Positions 31,367 through 43,049 of a stretch of 64,000 nt of DNA are shown here, piece after piece (within the stretch, counting starts at the first letter, position 1; every line of letters starts with the position of its first letter). The DNA is taken from positions 1,120,001-1,184,000 of the forward strand of contig CAXXLF010000002.1 in NCBI GenBank assembly GCA_963664015.2. Direction: 5' to 3'. The notes below the pieces were generated by a model. That model ran no database searches. It was not told where the DNA came from and saw only the letters and a list, made by a program, of their open reading frames with translations. Source of the stretch: Candidatus Binatia bacterium. GTDB taxonomy: Bacteria > Desulfobacterota > Binatia > UBA9968 > CAXXLF01. The position numbers and the translations under genes are program-made.

Positions 31367-32506
31367 TCACCCCCAGAGCCGCTTGGTGGCAAGCCTGGCA
31401 CCCTCTACTAAAGACCTTAGTTTGGCCCAAGCGACATCTGCCTGGACCCGGTCACGGCCGGCGAAAGTCCCGAACCCGCAATCGGTACCCCCTATGACGT
31501 TCTCCCGACCCACCACCCCGGCGAACTGCTCGATGCGTTGAGCCACTAACTCAGGGTGCTCTACGAAGTTCGTTGTCGTATCGATCACGCCGGCGATGAG
31601 CACTTTGCCAGGAGGGAGCTTCACCTCTTGCCACACCTGCCACTCATGGGCATGTCGCGGGTTGCAGGACTCCACCACGTAGGCGCCTGCCCGCACCTTC
31701 AGGACCAGGTCGATGATGTCCCGCAACGCTACGTCGTGGGTGTGGGGCCCTTCAAAGTTTCCCCAGCAAATATGGTAGCGAACCTGCTCCTCAGGGATCC
31801 CTGCCAGGGCGTGATTCAGCGCGTCGACCCGAATGGCCTGAGCCCTACGGTACTCATCCAGTGTGCTGTTCCGAAAGCTTACGCTTCGGTCCATGGCGTT
31901 ATCCGGAGCATCGATTTGCACTAACAGTCCCGCTTGTGCGATGGCCTGATACTCTTCCTTCATGGCGTCGGCCAGGGCAAAGAGGTACGCCTCCAAAGAG
32001 GGGTAGTGGCGGTTGTGATTAGTGTACTCGATGACTCCCAGCGAGGCAGACGGGAGAAAGGCCCCAACAGCGGGCGCGCTGCCCAGTGCACTTTTCAGGT
32101 TTTGGATATCAGTCGTAACGGCCTGTTTCCCCCGGTAGACAATGGGAGCAACGCAGAACGGGCGCTTGAAATCCGCACCCGCGGTCCGCAGGCGGCTCCA
32201 GCTAGGAAAATCGGCTGCCTCCGCCCGAATGCGCGGTTCTGTGTTTGAACCGCCGAAGCCTTCCATGCGCTCAGTCACATAGACGCTGAATCCGGGCTTA
32301 CCGAATTCTCCATCGCTGACGACATCGAGACCGGTGTCCATCTGCTTTCGGACAACCTCCGCCACCGCCGACCGGACACGGGCAGCCAAAACCTGGGCGT
32401 CCACTGGCCGACCGCTTTCCCGTGTCAGGACCATTTCTAACAAGTCAGGGGGGCGAGGTAGACTACCCGTATGAGTCGTCAGTATCCGTTCTGTACTTCG
32501 TTTCAT
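31367..32506 (-). CDS. Cobalamin-independent methionine synthase II family protein
   Basis: Motifs ILTTHTGSLPRP, SDGEFGK, QIDAPD, HICWGN, NPRHAHEW, VEHPELVA, DCGFG. Confidence 0.92.
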   Translation of the reverse strand: MKRSTERILTTHTGSLPRPPDLLEMVLTRESGRPVDAQVLAARVRSAVAEVVRKQMDTGLDVVSDGEFGKPGFSVYVTERMEGFGGSNTEPRIRAEAADFPSWSRLRTAGADFKRPFCVAPIVYRGKQAVTTDIQNLKSALGSAPAVGAFLPSASLGVIEYTNHNRHYPSLEAYLFALADAMKEEYQAIAQAGLLVQIDAPDNAMDRSVSFRNSTLDEYRRAQAIRVDALNHALAGIPEEQVRYHICWGNFEGPHTHDVALRDIIDLVLKVRAGAYVVESCNPRHAHEWQVWQEVKLPPGKVLIAGVIDTTTNFVEHPELVAQRIEQFAGVVGRENVIGGTDCGFGTFAGRDRVQADVAWAKLRSLVEGARLATKRLWG

Positions 32507-32662
32507 GAGTCACCTCTTAGAAAAAAAGGGCGAGTCAATCAATACCGCCCCACGTCCGATGTTATTTACAGTCTGAAATCATTTGCGTCAAGAGTACGGC
32601 CAGATACGCCGGTCCAACAATACACAGGTTGACATCCCGGCTCATTTTCCGATACTTGCCCT

Positions 32663-34054
32663 ATGGAGTCACAAGTCACATCTGTTAAACAGGCCTATCT
32701 TTTACCTGTGGGGAGCGAGATCACGGTGCGGGGTTGGGTCCGCTCCCGCCGGGATTCCAAGGGAATCACCTTCATTGAATTGAACGACGGCTCCCGATTC
32801 ACGAGCCTACAACTCGTGGTGGAAGGTGGAGTGGTACCGGTTGAAATACTCACCCAGGTCACCACGGGCAGCTCCCTTTCCGCCTCCGGTGCCCTGGTCC
32901 AATCCCCCGCCAAGGGACAAGCCGTGGAATTGAAAGTCACCGTGGTTTCTGTTTACGGCACGGCAGATTCTGCAACGTATCCCTTACAAAAAAAGGGCCA
33001 TTCCCTCGAATTCCTGCGCGAGATCGCCCACCTGCGGGTGCGTAGTAACACATTCGGCGCGGCCTTCCGCGTGCGGAACGCGCTTACCCACGCCATTCAC
33101 AGCTTCTTTCAGGAGCGAGACTTCATCTACGTCCAAACACCAATCATTACGACCTCCGATTGCGAGGGGGCAGGTGAAATGTTCAACGTAACCACTCTAA
33201 ATTTGCGGGACGTTCCTCGCACCGATGACGGCAATGTGGATTGGCAAAAGGATTTTTTCGGTCGGCCCGCGTTCCTAACCGTTAGCGGTCAATTGGAAGC
33301 CGAGATCTTTGCCCAGAATTTTACCCGTGTCTATACTTTTGGTCCCACCTTCCGTGCCGAGAACAGTAATACGCCTCGCCATCTGGCTGAATTCTGGATG
33401 ATCGAGCCGGAAATGGCCTTCAATGATCTGCAGGACAACATGCGTCTGGCTGAAGAGTTTCTAAAATTCACCATTCGCTACATCCTCGAGCATTGTAGGG
33501 AAGACCTGGAGTTTTTCACCCAACGGGTGGAAAAAACCGTACTCGGGACTTTGGAGCACGTGGCAGGTTCTGCCTTTGCCCATCTCTCATACACCGATGC
33601 CATCAAGGCCCTGCAAGAGGCTAACAAGAGATGGGAATTCCCGCCCCAATGGGGCCACGACCTGCAAACGGAGCACGAGCGGTTTCTATCCGAAGAAATC
33701 TTTAAAAAGCCGGTGATCGTGACGGACTACCCGAGGGGTATCAAACCTTTTTACATGCGGGTCAACGACGATGACCGAACCGTGCGGGCCATGGATGTGC
33801 TGGTTCCGCGGGTCGGCGAGATCATTGGCGGGAGCCAGCGCGAAGAACGATACGACGTGATTCTAAATAGGTTAAAAGAAACGGGACTGGATGAAAGGCC
33901 CTACTGGTGGTACCTGGACCTGCGCCGGTATGGGACCGTCCCCCACTCGGGGTTCGGACTCGGCCTGGAACGCATGATGATGTACCTCACCGGCCTTAAA
34001 AATATCCGCGATGTCATTCCTTTTCCCCGGACACCCGGCAACGCGGAATTTTAA
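32663..34054 (+). CDS. asnS: Asparagine--tRNA ligase
   Basis: Motifs [67 protein letters not shown]. Confidence 0.97.
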   Translation: MESQVTSVKQAYLLPVGSEITVRGWVRSRRDSKGITFIELNDGSRFTSLQLVVEGGVVPVEILTQVTTGSSLSASGALVQSPAKGQAVELKVTVVSVYGTADSATYPLQKKGHSLEFLREIAHLRVRSNTFGAAFRVRNALTHAIHSFFQERDFIYVQTPIITTSDCEGAGEMFNVTTLNLRDVPRTDDGNVDWQKDFFGRPAFLTVSGQLEAEIFAQNFTRVYTFGPTFRAENSNTPRHLAEFWMIEPEMAFNDLQDNMRLAEEFLKFTIRYILEHCREDLEFFTQRVEKTVLGTLEHVAGSAFAHLSYTDAIKALQEANKRWEFPPQWGHDLQTEHERFLSEEIFKKPVIVTDYPRGIKPFYMRVNDDDRTVRAMDVLVPRVGEIIGGSQREERYDVILNRLKETGLDERPYWWYLDLRRYGTVPHSGFGLGLERMMMYLTGLKNIRDVIPFPRTPGNAEF

Positions 34055-34254
34055 AATCGCCTAGAAAAAAGAGGAGCGTCGCCTTATTATCTCCCTAGCA
34101 CCTGGCCAGGCACTCACGTAGCACCCTCCGGTCGCCGGTGCATTTCCGTGATCACGATTTTTGCATGATCAACAGGCTCTCCATCCATAAGTTGAGATGG
34201 CTGCGCCCAATAGGCGACCGGACGAATAAGCTCTAGAGCGTAAAAACGACCTCT

Positions 34255-35374
34255 CTATTTCAATAGCTTCTTGGCTAGCTTGCTCGCCGGGATACGCACC
34301 GACTTGATCTTCTTTTCGGTCTGATTTTCGATCTTCATAATTTTTTTAATGTCATCCCGGGAATATCCTTGATAGCCTTGACCCCGAACTCCTGAAGCCC
34401 CATGGTGTCCACGTCAAACCTGCGCGATCCTTGTCCCATGGCCTTGACCCAGATGCTCTGCCCTTCTTTGCTCAGCAGCCAATTCACGAAGGCCTTGGTC
34501 GCATTGGGATGGGGTGGATTCTTGATGATGGTGAGGTTGCCGCTTCCGCCGGTCCCATAGGCCCCTTCCCTAGGCGTAGGAGCCGGCTTAACTGGCAGCC
34601 CAGCTTTGATAAAGGGGACGTATGTGTAATGGGTCAAACCAATTGAGATGGCCAGTTTCCCCTTGGCGACATTCTCGGCTAATTGTCTTTGATTACGGCT
34701 GAGAAGGAGATCCTGTTGGGCAAGCTTTTTCAAGAAATCTTCTCCCTTGGTCATCCACATGAAGGCCCAGGTTGAGTCGCCAGCCCCCGGGTTGCGCGGA
34801 TCGAGAAAGCCAATTTTGCCCTTCCATTTAGGATTGAGGAGATCGTCATACCCCCAAGATCCTCCGGTTTTACCATATCCGTGTTGTACCATATGTTTTC
34901 CGTTAGGTACGCCTGAAAGCCGTAGACATATCGTTGAGCGTTATCAATCCACATATGCCCGCCCCACCACTGCTTAGGATCCTTGACCTCGGGCAACACG
35001 AACCGCGGCTCTACCGGCTCTAGGATTTTATTGCGCACGAGTCCCCGGGTAATGGAATTGACCCCCCCGACATGAATGTCAAAATAGTGCAATCCCGCCT
35101 TGTTTTCCTTCACGATTCGCCGTATGGGCTTGCTTCCCCTTCCGACGATAAGCTCAAGCTCAATGCCGTAGCGCTTCGTGAGCTCTGCATGGGCCGCTTT
35201 GCGTAGCGCCGCACTGGAAGGAAACGATACGACGACCTTTCCCTCCTTTTTCGCTGCCTGTACCACCTTTCCCCAATCCCCTGATCCGCCCATAGCTCCC
35301 TGACCGGGGACAGGACTGATCGCGATCAGTATGACCACAAGTATTAGATAGATCCAATTTACCGTTTTCATCAT
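34255..35374 (-). pseudogene. ABC extracellular solute-binding protein with two frameshifts; paralog of 39259-40377
   Basis: Colinear with the intact copy (PEVKDPKQWWGGHMWIDNAQRY, NPKWKGKIGFLDPRNPGAGDS). Single-base losses near 34850 (G-run) and 34340 (A-run). Confidence 0.88.
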
Positions 35375-35867
35375 TAAAACCCTCCCCAAACTTGATTCCT
35401 GGCAATTTTTTATTCGTAATCTCAGGTGTCGATCCGCAATTTATAGATCATTAGGACCCGTTCATAATTGAATCCTGCTGACCGGGCGTCAGAGGTTCAA
35501 ATATGAGGCGGGATTGCAATACGGCAGTTCCGGGAAGACGTCAAGGGGGAAGATAACGGCCTGGAATCACTCGAATTTCCTGGGCCGGTTAAGTGGAAAA
35601 GCGCTGGCGGACAGTGATCGCACTCGACCTGATTCCATGAGACGCATACGAGTTTTCTTTCAAACCCGGCGATTCTTAGATATAGTAGATAGGGTAAGGG
35701 ATAGCTTGGCCCGCCTACTGATTACGATTCCAAAGAAAGTTAACTCAAGGAATTGAAACTCAATTCTCTAAGCGCCGCTCCGACGGTTCGACTTTCAACA
35801 AAAGATTTGACCGTTCCGCAACCACTTTGATAATTCAAGCAGTAGCCTCGCTAAGAGAATTGGGACT

Positions 35868-37745
35868 TTGAAAACTGCACACAGAAACAAGCCTTTCCTT
35901 TTCTGCCTCATAGGAATGGCACTGATTCTTGGCGGATGTGGCTTCCCCCGGCAAATGTTAATGCTTGAGTCACTCGCCGGTGGCAAGACAGATACGCCGG
36001 TGCGAACCGAATCACCAAAGGTCGACCTGAACGAACCGGTTCTTGACGATCGGGAGATCGTGGTGGCCCCGCGGTCTCAGCAGGCTGCCGATCTAACAGA
36101 TCCACCGGGGCCCAAACTCTCGGACCCACCCGAAGACTTCCTTCTATCGGAAACGGAGTACGGACCTCCGCCCTTCTGGCCAAAGGATCCCTCACCATCC
36201 GACTCGACCCAATTTTCTTCCCTGTCCCCAACAGAAGATAAAGCCTCATGGGAAGAATACGAGGAAGCGTCGAAATCGGTAGAGCCCGCGGATTCGGAAT
36301 CACAAGTCCCTGCCGCTTTCCCCGGCAAGGAGGAATCCGATCTATGGGATCGCATCCGCCGGGGTTTCGCCTTGCCGGAACGGCGAAACGCGCAGGTTGT
36401 GGCAGAGGTAAAATGGTTCAGCCGTAATCAAGCCTACCTGGATCGTGTCGCCGATAGGGCCCAACCCTATTTACATTATATTGTCAGCCAGGTGGAGAAA
36501 CGGGGAATACCCACCGAGATCGTGTTGCTCCCCGTGGTGGAGAGTGCATTTCAGCCCTTTGCCCACTCCTCCAGCCGTGCCGCCGGTATTTGGCAGTTTA
36601 TCCCCGGTACGGGACGACGCTTCGGTTTGAAATTAAACTGGTGGTACGATGGCCGACGGGATATTAAGGCCTCCACAAAGGCGGCTCTTGATTATCTGGA
36701 ATATCTGAACAAATTTTTCGATGGTGATTGGTTGCTGGCCCTGGCCGCCTATAACTCGGGCGAAGGCACCGTACTCAAAGCGATGCGCGCCAACCGACGA
36801 CGGGGCAGGTCCACCAAGTTTTGGTCACTGCAACTACCCCGGGAAACAAAACAATACGTGCCCCGACTCCTTGCCATTCGCGACATCGTCGCCACTCCAG
36901 AAAAACTAGGCATTACTCTCAAGTCCATAGCCGATGAACCCTATCTCACCAGCGTGGATATCAATTCACAATTGGTCCTCGCCGATGCGGCTAAACTAGC
37001 GGAAATGGACCTGGAAGAGCTGCTTCAACTCAATCCGGGTTTCAAGCACGGGGTCACCGCGCCGGATGGCCCCCATGAACTGTTAATCCCCCTGGACAAG
37101 GCGGACCGCTTCGCCACCCAGGTAGCCCAGCTGCCTTCCGAAGAACGGATCCAATGGATGCGACATCTGATAATCCCTGGCAACACACTTGGCGGGGTTG
37201 CGCTCGATTATAAAACGACAATCAGAGTATTGCGCCAGTTCAATAAACTCAGAGGCAACCTCATTCGCGCCGGCGATTATCTCGTTATCCCTATCCCCGC
37301 GCGTACCAAGAGTCGCCGCCAGAACGCTCTTCGAGACGTCGCCGCTCGCAGCGAGACAACCATTCACACTGTGACGAGCGGAGATAATTTGTGGACCCTG
37401 AGCCGGAGATTTGGCACCACGGTGCGACACCTATGCAACTGGAATGGCATATCCCATCATGCGTTGCTCCAGCCCGGCCAGAAAATTACCGTGTTCCGCG
37501 GTCCTTCGTCCAGCGTGATCCCCGCCAGCCTGAACACGCCCACCGTACCGGGGGCGATTGCCAAACCTCGTAAGATTACCTATACAGTGCGTAAAGGGGA
37601 TACCTTGACACGTATCGCACAGCGCTACAGGGTCACGATCAAACAGTTAGAGCGGTGGAACAATATCAAGAGCAAGCGATATCTCCAACCGGGCCAAAAA
37701 CTCACTCTATACATCGCCCTCACAGCCGACTCCGAGAGAAGCTGA
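35868..37745 (+). CDS. mltD: Membrane-bound lytic murein transglycosylase D with three LysM domains
   Basis: Lipobox LGG-C; DLWDRIR, LPVVESAF, AAGIWQFIP, WYDGRRD, LALAAYNSGEG, LPRETKQYVP; three LysM repeats. Confidence 0.9.
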   Translation: MKTAHRNKPFLFCLIGMALILGGCGFPRQMLMLESLAGGKTDTPVRTESPKVDLNEPVLDDREIVVAPRSQQAADLTDPPGPKLSDPPEDFLLSETEYGPPPFWPKDPSPSDSTQFSSLSPTEDKASWEEYEEASKSVEPADSESQVPAAFPGKEESDLWDRIRRGFALPERRNAQVVAEVKWFSRNQAYLDRVADRAQPYLHYIVSQVEKRGIPTEIVLLPVVESAFQPFAHSSSRAAGIWQFIPGTGRRFGLKLNWWYDGRRDIKASTKAALDYLEYLNKFFDGDWLLALAAYNSGEGTVLKAMRANRRRGRSTKFWSLQLPRETKQYVPRLLAIRDIVATPEKLGITLKSIADEPYLTSVDINSQLVLADAAKLAEMDLEELLQLNPGFKHGVTAPDGPHELLIPLDKADRFATQVAQLPSEERIQWMRHLIIPGNTLGGVALDYKTTIRVLRQFNKLRGNLIRAGDYLVIPIPARTKSRRQNALRDVAARSETTIHTVTSGDNLWTLSRRFGTTVRHLCNWNGISHHALLQPGQKITVFRGPSSSVIPASLNTPTVPGAIAKPRKITYTVRKGDTLTRIAQRYRVTIKQLERWNNIKSKRYLQPGQKLTLYIALTADSERS

Positions 37746-37788
37746 CCTCGTTCCCCCGCTCCCCACCCTCACGCCCTACAGTCACTAA

Positions 37789-38399
37789 TTAAAGGTGCTC
37801 CTGCATGAACTACATTAGATCACAATAGTCTTCTTGATCGGCTTTTTTCATTGCGGGAGTGTACTGCTCGCGAACTTGCTCACCGTGAGAAATCAATTGA
37901 ATTTGAGGCCACTTGGGCAGCGGATGTTTTATTGAGTAAAGATAAACATCCGTGATAAGCCTGGCATGCCGTCCAGTACCGTTCGTGAAAGGATGTATCC
38001 TTGTCAGTCGATTCTGCAGACGGGCCGCAACTTCGAGGGGGGGGGGCCCATGGAGCATTCATCTGAGATCTAATACTTAAAATCTCCACACAATACCTTG
38101 ATCTGTTGATAGATCAGATGGGGTTCCATTCCCATATTTAATCGTTCGGTCCGATATTTTCCCGCCCAGTCCCAAATGTCGCCGAACATGTCCAGACGCA
38201 CGCGCCGAATGAACACGTCGGTCAGCCATGCTGCTCCAAACCTTTTCCTTCGAGCTCTAAAGACGTATTTGTCGTAGGCCCGAGAGATGGCCTCCAGCTC
38301 GGCTGCGTTCCGGGCGTTACCACTTGTCAGTCGCGCCTGTTTCGGGCATGACAAATCCTCACCTGGCGTTGCCCCTGGGTGTTCGGTTTGATCATTCAT
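37789..38399 (-). pseudogene. Mobile mystery protein B (Fic domain), broken
   Basis: PGATP, MFGDIWDWAGKYR, in-frame TAG at 38070, frameshift at a C-run near 38040, Fic motif IHPFTNGTGRHARL. Confidence 0.82.
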
Positions 38400-38855
38400 C
38401 GGATTTGGACCAGAGTTTTTCCTTAGGATCGCTTAGGATTTTATCGGTGCACTTTTCCAGAAGGTGCCGAAAGACATCGGCCTCCGGCGCTTGCTCCTCC
38501 AAGGCCATCGTCCCCATGGATTGTTTAAGACGTTTTAACGCGTGACTACGCGCCCTTCCTCGAAGCACATCTTTGTAGGTCGAATCGGGCGTGGTTCAAC
38601 AACCAGATCACACGACAAGGGGCCGAATATTCGCTTCAATGTAGTGACCTGGGAATCTATTTTGCCACGCTCAATTCCAGCAAGGTGCGGCTGAATCACA
38701 TGGGCACGTTCAGCAAGTTCAGCTTGTGTCATACGCAGCGCAAGGCGCACCATGCGGATCCAGTCTCCAGGAGATTGCTCAAACTGGCGGCTCATAGTAG
38801 CTTCGAGACGCGATAAGACCATGTCATCGATAATGCTTAATCGCTTCCGAATCAT
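38392..38855 (-). pseudogene. Mobile mystery protein A (XRE HTH), frameshifted
   Basis: WIRMVRLALRMTQAELAER..IERG; after a shift near 38575 it continues RGRAR...GTMALEEQ...KLWS and overlaps the start of B. Confidence 0.8.
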
Positions 38856-39258
38856 GTTACTATTTTATATAATTAAACATATAATCCTAGCATTAATCGA
38901 TATGGTTTAACGTATCACAACTACAAGAACAGCTGTTAACTTAGATACTTATATATAATAGTTCGCTCTATATAGTGATTCCCTAGCAGGGGATTCAACC
39001 TCGAGCGCAAGAAATCGTGCCCTTGACGAAAGTTGCCTCGCCTCTCCCCGGCAGTTAGATATTCCAAAGAGCGCCTGCTCGTAAACTCGGGTTTCGTATG
39101 TGGCGTCGAATCTGTGCCCTAACTCGTGTTGCAACGATGGACAAGGAGAAAATGGAAGGAATTAACGGGAAGATTGATATTAATGTAATGTCTGACCCTA
39201 GATCCCCCGGGACATGCTTCGGGCCCTATGGTCAAAACATGCCCCGGGAGCCTCATTC

Positions 39259-40377
39259 CTATTTCAAGAGCCTCTTGGCTACCTTCTTTGCAGGGATACG
39301 CACGGAGTGTATCTTCTTTTCGGTCTGATTCTCCAACTCAGACCACTTTTCAACGGTCATCCCGGGAATGTCCTTCATAGCCGTGACTCCAAACTCTGGA
39401 AGCCACTTTGTATCCACATCGAGCCGGCGCGTTCCCTGTCCCATGGCCTTGACCCAGATACCCTGCCCTTCTTTGCTCATCAGCCAATTCACGAACACCT
39501 TGGCCGCGTTGGGGTGGGGTGGATTCTTGAGGATGGTGAGGTTGCCGCTTCCACCCGATCCATAGAAACCCTCCTTAGGCCTCGGTGCCGCCTTAACCGG
39601 GAGGCCCGCCTTAATGAACGGGAGATAAGAGTAATGGGTCAAACCGACAGACATTGCAATTTTCCCCTTGGCCACGCTCTCGGCCAGGAGCCTCTGATTA
39701 CGGCTAAGCATGAGATCCTGTGCGACGAGCTTGCGCAAATAATCTTCTCCCTTGATCATCCACATGAACGACCAATTCGAGTCGCCGGCCCCCGGATTGC
39801 GCGGGTCTAGAAATCCTATTTTACCCTTCCATTTTGGATTAAGGAGAGCCTCATAAGACCCAAGCTCCTCTCGCTTTACCAGCTCTGTGTTGTACCATAT
39901 ACCCTCGGTAATATACGCTTGTAGACCAAGAATATAACGTTGAGCGTTGTCGATCCACATATGCCCGCCCCACCATTGCTTGGGGTCCTTAACCTCGGGC
40001 AATATAAACGACGGTTCCACCGGCTCCAGGAGATTATTGCCCAGTAGACCCCGGACGATGGAATTGGTCCCGCCGACGTGAATGTCGAAATATCGCAGCC
40101 CCGCCTTATTTTCCTCCACGATTCGCCGTATTGCCGCGCTTCCCCTTCCGACGATAAGCTCAAGCTCAATGCCGTAGCGTTTCGTGAATGCCGCATGAGC
40201 CTGTTTCCGTAACTCCGCACTGGAAGGAAATGATACGACGACCTTTCCCTCCTTTTTCGCCGCCTGAAGCACCTTTACCCAATCCCCCGAGCCGCCCATG
40301 GCTCCCTGAGCCAATGGGGGACCGCCCATACCCAAGATCACAGCGAATGCAAAATAGATCCAAGTTAACTTTTTCAT
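39259..40377 (-). CDS. ABC extracellular solute-binding protein (iron/AfuA-like family)
   Basis: Signal peptide; AAKKEGKVVV, LLNPKWKGKI, PPHPNAAKVFVNWLMSKEGQ. Confidence 0.9.
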   Translation of the reverse strand: MKKLTWIYFAFAVILGMGGPPLAQGAMGGSGDWVKVLQAAKKEGKVVVSFPSSAELRKQAHAAFTKRYGIELELIVGRGSAAIRRIVEENKAGLRYFDIHVGGTNSIVRGLLGNNLLEPVEPSFILPEVKDPKQWWGGHMWIDNAQRYILGLQAYITEGIWYNTELVKREELGSYEALLNPKWKGKIGFLDPRNPGAGDSNWSFMWMIKGEDYLRKLVAQDLMLSRNQRLLAESVAKGKIAMSVGLTHYSYLPFIKAGLPVKAAPRPKEGFYGSGGSGNLTILKNPPHPNAAKVFVNWLMSKEGQGIWVKAMGQGTRRLDVDTKWLPEFGVTAMKDIPGMTVEKWSELENQTEKKIHSVRIPAKKVAKRLLK

Positions 40378-40752
40378 TGTCGAATCCTCCCCATCTCTTT
40401 TTGCCGGACACGCCTTTGAGGAACAGCACATTATTGTAAATTCGAAAAGCCGTCACGGGCACCAGGGGCACGACTAATCTAAATAGAGAATGGAATAATT
40501 TTTGACAGGATTAATATTTCCAGCCGGAGCGAAAAGTGAACATATCCTAGGCGTTACGGCCGACTCGGAGAGAAGCTAACCTCGACACCCTTCCCCAACC
40601 CTCACATCTCAAATGGGCCCGTTCCGCTAGACACTCGACGGGATCTATAAATTCAACCCCCCCCGGGGGAATCGGACGCTACGACCACACGCCGCTCCCG
40701 TCTTTGTCAGCCAAGACTTGACCGTTCGGCTTCTGGTACTCGTTTGGAATTT

Positions 40753-41853
40753 TTACAATCCGTAGAGGGCTCGGGCATTGTCACTCAGGATCTTCTGCTT
40801 TACTTCAGGCGACAAATCCGTCCTCGTTTTAAACACGGTAATGGCATCGACGTCGCTCGATGTGTCAATGTGTCCGTAGTCCGTCCCGATGACAAGGCAG
40901 TCTTCCCCAGCCTGCTTCGTGATATAGGGCAAGTCATCTGAGTTTTCACAGGTGACAAACATTCGAAACTCGCGAGCGACGTTGTCGGAGCATTCGCGAC
41001 CCATTGTTTTGAAGCGATTCCTGACTTCGTGCATCGCCCAGGGCAACCACTGGGAGCTGGCCTCGATAAAGCCCCACCGCAGTCGCGGAAACACCTGAGG
41101 TATTTCGCTGAGCATCACGTCGCTAAAAGCAGCCACAGTGGGCATTCTGAAACGATGCAACGTAGCGGCGCTCGGCACGGGATGGCGGTAAAGGTCACTA
41201 AGCCAAGGGTTGCCGTTGGCAATGTGGACGGCAATCGCCAGATCAAGACGGCTCGCCTCTTCGTAGATCGGGTAAAAGTAGGTGTCCACGAGAAGGCGGT
41301 TGCCCTCGACCGGGCGCATCAAGACGGCGCAGGCGCCGTTTTCCTTGGCGAAGCGAATTTGGTCGAGCGCATCGGTCATGCTCAGGGTCGGCGCCATGCA
41401 GGACCACCGCAAACGACCCTTCCCCTGGCGCCAAATATCGGCGAGCCAACGGTTCCAACTTTTGCAAAGAGCCACTTCCACTGCCGCACGGTCCGTGGCC
41501 GATTCGATGAACATGGTGTTGTGTAGCACCTGGACGTTAACGCCGCTCTGATCCATATGCTCCAGGCGCAGGTCGACATTGCCTAATTCGCGTGACTCCA
41601 GGTCGTCAGCGAACCTACGACCAACCTGTCGGGATCGTTTCTCCAACTCGTCGGCTGAAAAAGCGGGGAAACGGAACCCCTTCACCCTTCCATCGATGAG
41701 CCAAAATTGAAGTTTCACGCCAGCCTCTTCGCGGGTTTCAAGGGGTAAGGGCCGATACTGCTTCTCCGATGGGTCCATGAAGTCCCAAGTGTGGGCAGAT
41801 TCCACCACATGGGCGTCTGCATCAATGATAAGAGTTTCCGCATCGGCTTCCAT
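40753..41853 (-). CDS. Amidohydrolase_2 family protein
   Basis: Motifs IDADAHVVE, FYPIYEEA, AVHIANG, FIEAS, IGTDYGH. Confidence 0.9.
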   Translation of the reverse strand: MEADAETLIIDADAHVVESAHTWDFMDPSEKQYRPLPLETREEAGVKLQFWLIDGRVKGFRFPAFSADELEKRSRQVGRRFADDLESRELGNVDLRLEHMDQSGVNVQVLHNTMFIESATDRAAVEVALCKSWNRWLADIWRQGKGRLRWSCMAPTLSMTDALDQIRFAKENGACAVLMRPVEGNRLLVDTYFYPIYEEASRLDLAIAVHIANGNPWLSDLYRHPVPSAATLHRFRMPTVAAFSDVMLSEIPQVFPRLRWGFIEASSQWLPWAMHEVRNRFKTMGRECSDNVAREFRMFVTCENSDDLPYITKQAGEDCLVIGTDYGHIDTSSDVDAITVFKTRTDLSPEVKQKILSDNARALYGL

Positions 41854-42014
41854 AAGCTCATTCCTCCTGCTCTGGATCCTTGCCCCTAGTTGTGTATACT
41901 TCGTTTTCCATTTTGTTAATGATAAGCAGAATGGGGTCAGATCATCCCGACGTTGAAAACCCTACAGCCGCTTCCTTGGATCATCCTATCATGACACATT
42001 CACCCTGCAACCCT

Positions 42015-42992
42015 TCATTGTCCAATAACGGTTCCCGGGCCGGGGACCTTGCCATCGTATAGCTTGTCGGTGAAACCGCTCTCTTCTATGGACCGGAGCA
42101 CGTCCAGGTTCCACAGGCTCATGGGATTCAGATGGTTGACGATCTCCGGCTCTTCCATTGCGGCCAGGTCGAATGTGTTTTTGATCGCTTCGGCCGTAGG
42201 ATAGAGTCGGGGCTCGAGAATCTGGTAATTGTGATCGTGAAGATACTCTAGCACCTTGAGGTCTTCGATCTTCAACTCCACCGCCACGTCCTCCTGCATC
42301 ACCTCCCACATCTCATCCCTCTTGGTCTTGATGAAGTGGACTCCCATGAGGACGGCTTTGGCTACCGCCTCGCACAGGTCACGCCGCTTTTGCAGAATCG
42401 GCCATAGGGTTGTCAGGGTCGTTGCCAACACCATGGGAAGCGGGGACAGCGGAAAGACGTGCAACCCCTTGCGGCGGGCCTCCTCATCGTCGGGGAGGGA
42501 AGCAAACGAGGCAAAGGCCCTTCCTTCTACAACGTCGGAATATGATTTTCGGCCGCTGCTGGGAACGAATTTGATCTTGTGAGGGTCGGCCCCACCCCTT
42601 TGGAGATAAAGCAGGTGATTGCCGCCAGGATGCGAGCCGTTATGCCGATCCGCGGTGACCTTTGGATTCTCACTCAGAGTCTTGCCTTCAAGATCCTTCA
42701 GGCTCTTAATGGGATCCTTCGACACCATGACATCGTCCACCCAGTTCACAGTGGATCCCAGATAGACAAACGGATGCCCGTGATATCGGTGGTTATAAGG
42801 AGAAATATGACTGCCGAAGATGAAGTCGCACTTGCCGTTGATCAGGAGAGGGTCCGACTCGGCAGCGCCCGACACGAATTTCACGCTTTTCAGGTCGATT
42901 CCGGCTTTCTCCCAGGCCTTGCAGGCCTTCATCGCGGCCAGAAGCGGATACTGGATGGGACGGGAGCGATATACCAATTCTAAAGGTATCAT
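42015..42992 (-). CDS. ABC substrate-binding protein-like (NMT1/SsuA type), no obvious signal peptide
   Basis: Motifs IKSLKDLEGK, GSHISPY, EESGFTDKLY. Confidence 0.7.
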   Translation of the reverse strand: MIPLELVYRSRPIQYPLLAAMKACKAWEKAGIDLKSVKFVSGAAESDPLLINGKCDFIFGSHISPYNHRYHGHPFVYLGSTVNWVDDVMVSKDPIKSLKDLEGKTLSENPKVTADRHNGSHPGGNHLLYLQRGGADPHKIKFVPSSGRKSYSDVVEGRAFASFASLPDDEEARRKGLHVFPLSPLPMVLATTLTTLWPILQKRRDLCEAVAKAVLMGVHFIKTKRDEMWEVMQEDVAVELKIEDLKVLEYLHDHNYQILEPRLYPTAEAIKNTFDLAAMEEPEIVNHLNPMSLWNLDVLRSIEESGFTDKLYDGKVPGPGTVIGQ

Positions 42993-43049
42993 ATAGGTTT
43001 CTCCATTCTGGAATAAGTTATTTTCAATGAGTTGTTTACTGGAATTTGC

